Part shown: one piece after another, positions 61,626 to 64,000 of the stretch
Numbering within the stretch: the first letter of the stretch is position 1
Layout of the letters: every line of letters begins with the position of its first letter
NCBI GenBank assembly: GCA_030390025.1
Contig: CM059433.1
Coordinates: forward strand, 25,050,001 to 25,114,000
Length of the DNA stretch: 64,000 nt
Direction: 5' to 3'
Origin: Squalus acanthias
Taxonomy: Eukaryota
Program-made: the position numbers and the translations under genes
Notes under the pieces: generated by a model
Databases searched by the model: none
What the model was told of the DNA's origin: nothing
What the model saw: only the letters and a program-made list of their open reading frames with translations

Positions 61626-62090
61626 GGCCCAGAAATTCGATTGCGCCAGGAAGCGAGTGTGCAGGGGTAAGGAGCTGCTCTCGCCTGCTCATGTGGTCAC
61701 AAGGACCAAGTTAAATTTGTGTTGGCAGCTCATCATAATGACTCAGGTGTGTAGCCAGAGCTACCTGCACTATTCATTGGCTGAACGCCCAGTTGGGCTT
61801 CACTGACGCCACTTAAAGGCAGACAGCACTTCTTAAAGGGGAGGTTCACTCTGGCTACAGATAGCAGGGAAACGTTGTGATGGTCTAAAATGGCTGGAAG
61901 AGGTAGAGAGAGGGCACCAACATTCTTGGGTGCAGCTTTGAAGTCCTTAGTCCAGGTTGTCAGTAGGATGAGGAGAATCTGTCAGAAATCCCTCCAGGCA
62001 ACATTCTCCATTGACATTGGGAAGTGGTTGCAGAGGAAGTCAATGTCAGGAGATTAGCTCCCAGGACATGGTTGCATTGCAGGCAAAGTA
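61626..62090 (+). mobile_element. Harbinger end with decayed Myb/SANT ORF2 exon 1
   Basis: TIR ggcccagaaatt; from 61890 MAGRGRERAPTFLGAALKSLV...WEVVAEEVNVRRLAPRTWLHCRQ. Confidence 0.75.
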
Positions 62091-62763
62091 TCTCTGCTCT
62101 CCTCTTGTCCCTCGCTTTCATGTAAGATGCTGAAAATGTTGACGCCCCTCTGCCACTTCAGGAGAGGAGGCCAGCCTTACTGCAGATGCAGCATCGCTCG
62201 ATCTGACCCTAGCAAACACTATCTCAGAAACTGGCACCACGCGCACTTTAGAGGGTTGGTTAGAGATGGGGGGCTAAAAATTCCAGTACGCTGGAAACCT
62301 GACGGTAACAGCGCCAGCCAAGGCTAACGGCCGCCCGCCAAGAGCGCGCAGGCTGCTGCTAATTAGCATCAGCGGTGCGGAGAATTTGTGGTGTAATGCG
62401 CTCTTTCCAGCGCTAAGCTCAGCAGGAGGCCGAAGGTCGTGCCTGTCTCCTGCTTGCAGCGAAGGAGAACGGGGAAGAAAGGAGCAAACCTGTAGGCCAT
62501 GTACAGAACAGTTCTCATACCTGCTACAACAATATTACCTGCCACCTGATTATTAACTTTGTTAGTTGATTTTTTAAAAGTTCATTTAATGAATGCATCT
62601 GTGTTCTCTGTAACACTAATCTTTCCCCAATGGTTACTCTTCAAAGTGTTTAAATGTGTAGTAATTGTGCCAGCTTTTAGTGGGTCTTGCATACTCGACA
62701 CAAAATAATTATTTGATAAATAATTGGTTATGGCATTTTGAGTAAATTAATTATAATTCCTTA

Positions 62764-63626
62764 GGGGGAAAAATTTGGTTGCTTTGCGCCTCCCGTTAGT
62801 GCCCTAAGAGGGCGCTAACGGGGCGCAAAGCAACTAGCGCCCGGGTGCGGTGATGTTTGCGCCGCTTGCGAAATTGACCAGACATTTTGCGGTGGCGCTA
62901 AACACTACCGCCACGATCTCCTGCGCCCACAGATCGTGACGTCAGTCGAGCGTGCAATGCCCTGGTAGCGCCCCGGACCGGATATTGAGTGGTCCCCCCT
63001 GCCTTTCCGCCTGCCACTAGCAACAACAGGTAGAGGGGAACGTTTTGCAGTCAGGAAGGGACTGGGGGAGCGCTATTTAAAGGCGGCCGCTTCCTGCCAT
63101 TTTTGGCGGCGACATCGTTGCACCATGCATTCTGAGAGAGAGAGAGAGAGACTTCTGGAAAGATTCAACGCTGTGTGAAGGAGTTTTGAGTACTGAGCAG
63201 CACTTTGCAGGTTCATTTTGATTTGACCTTCCTTGCATCGATTTAGAAGAGTCGATGGGGGCTGCACTCTGAGCTCTTTCCCTGGGCCTCTCCATTGTTC
63301 TTTCCAGCAGAATTGATGTACACGTCTCTCCAGGTGGATGGAAAGCAAGATCGACCCTCCCCTTTAAGAACTGGCCGGCGCCAGTGTGTCTGTGTTCCAT
63401 TGCTAACTGACATCACATGAGCTTCGCCAGCGCTCTGAGGTAGCGCCTCGCTCCTCGGCGTTAGTGCCTTAAGAGAGGTGTGTAGCGCCTGATTTAGCTC
63501 TCCAATCACTTCCAGGGGCTATAGAAGTCAAGTTTGCAGTCGGAGACGATAATTAGTGCCAGGCGCTAAACTTTGCGCCCGGCCAATAAATGCGCCCCAA
63601 ACGGGGCGATATCGAATTTCTCCCCC
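62764..63626. mobile_element. Harbinger MITE with TTA TSD
   Basis: tta-gggggaaaaatt ... aatttctccccc-tta; subterminal gcgcta/tagcgc motifs. Confidence 0.9.
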
Positions 63627-64000
63627 TTAAAATGTTAAGCAGTTGAGTCCTGATTTGCTAGGGGGTGATGTCCTGGTGACGCTGTCATAAAGATAGAAGC
63701 GATCTTATCAGAGATGATCTTCAAATGTGGCAATGGAGTTCTAGGCAATCTGATGCTTTTCAGGAATTCGTCTTTCTTATTTGCTGGGAATCCACCGAGG
63801 GATTTGCAGTTTTGTACAGATGTTCAGTTCTGAACTGAAAGTTTGTCCCACATGGTTTCACCCATTGATCTGCTGACCCACAAACACTGTTGGCCTCCCA
63901 GAAAGCCGCCAGAAAATGCAACCTGCCCACCCCGCCTCCGCCCCCTCCCAACACCCCACCGATGGGCAAAAAATGAAAGTATAAAAAAGAACCTTGGCAA

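Overview
This is eukaryotic, repeat-dense, probably intronic DNA. The CR1, L2, DeuSINE and Penelope content points to a cartilaginous fish (inference). No host protein-coding gene can be identified; there are only weak candidate small exons at 7561-7579 and 55978-56039. Most of the window is nested mobile DNA. It includes many CR1 LINEs, one with an intact 983-aa ORF2 and one near full length with a decayed ORF1, plus L2 and other CR1-group LINE fragments and tRNA-derived SINEs. There are several PIF/Harbinger transposons (transposase plus a convergent, intron-containing Myb/SANT gene), many MITEs (Harbinger, hAT, Tc1/mariner-type) and two large minisatellites. Two signals stand out. (1) Penelope-like elements carry minimal hammerhead ribozyme motifs, including a TSD-flanked ~400-bp inverted-repeat insertion with a GIY-YIG C-terminus and several short copies whose boundary sits at the ribozyme. 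(2) A three-copy Harbinger-type MITE family has co-varying hairpins, promoter-like motifs at both ends and repeated consensus splice donors. All alignments were done by eye and element boundaries without a TSD are approximate.
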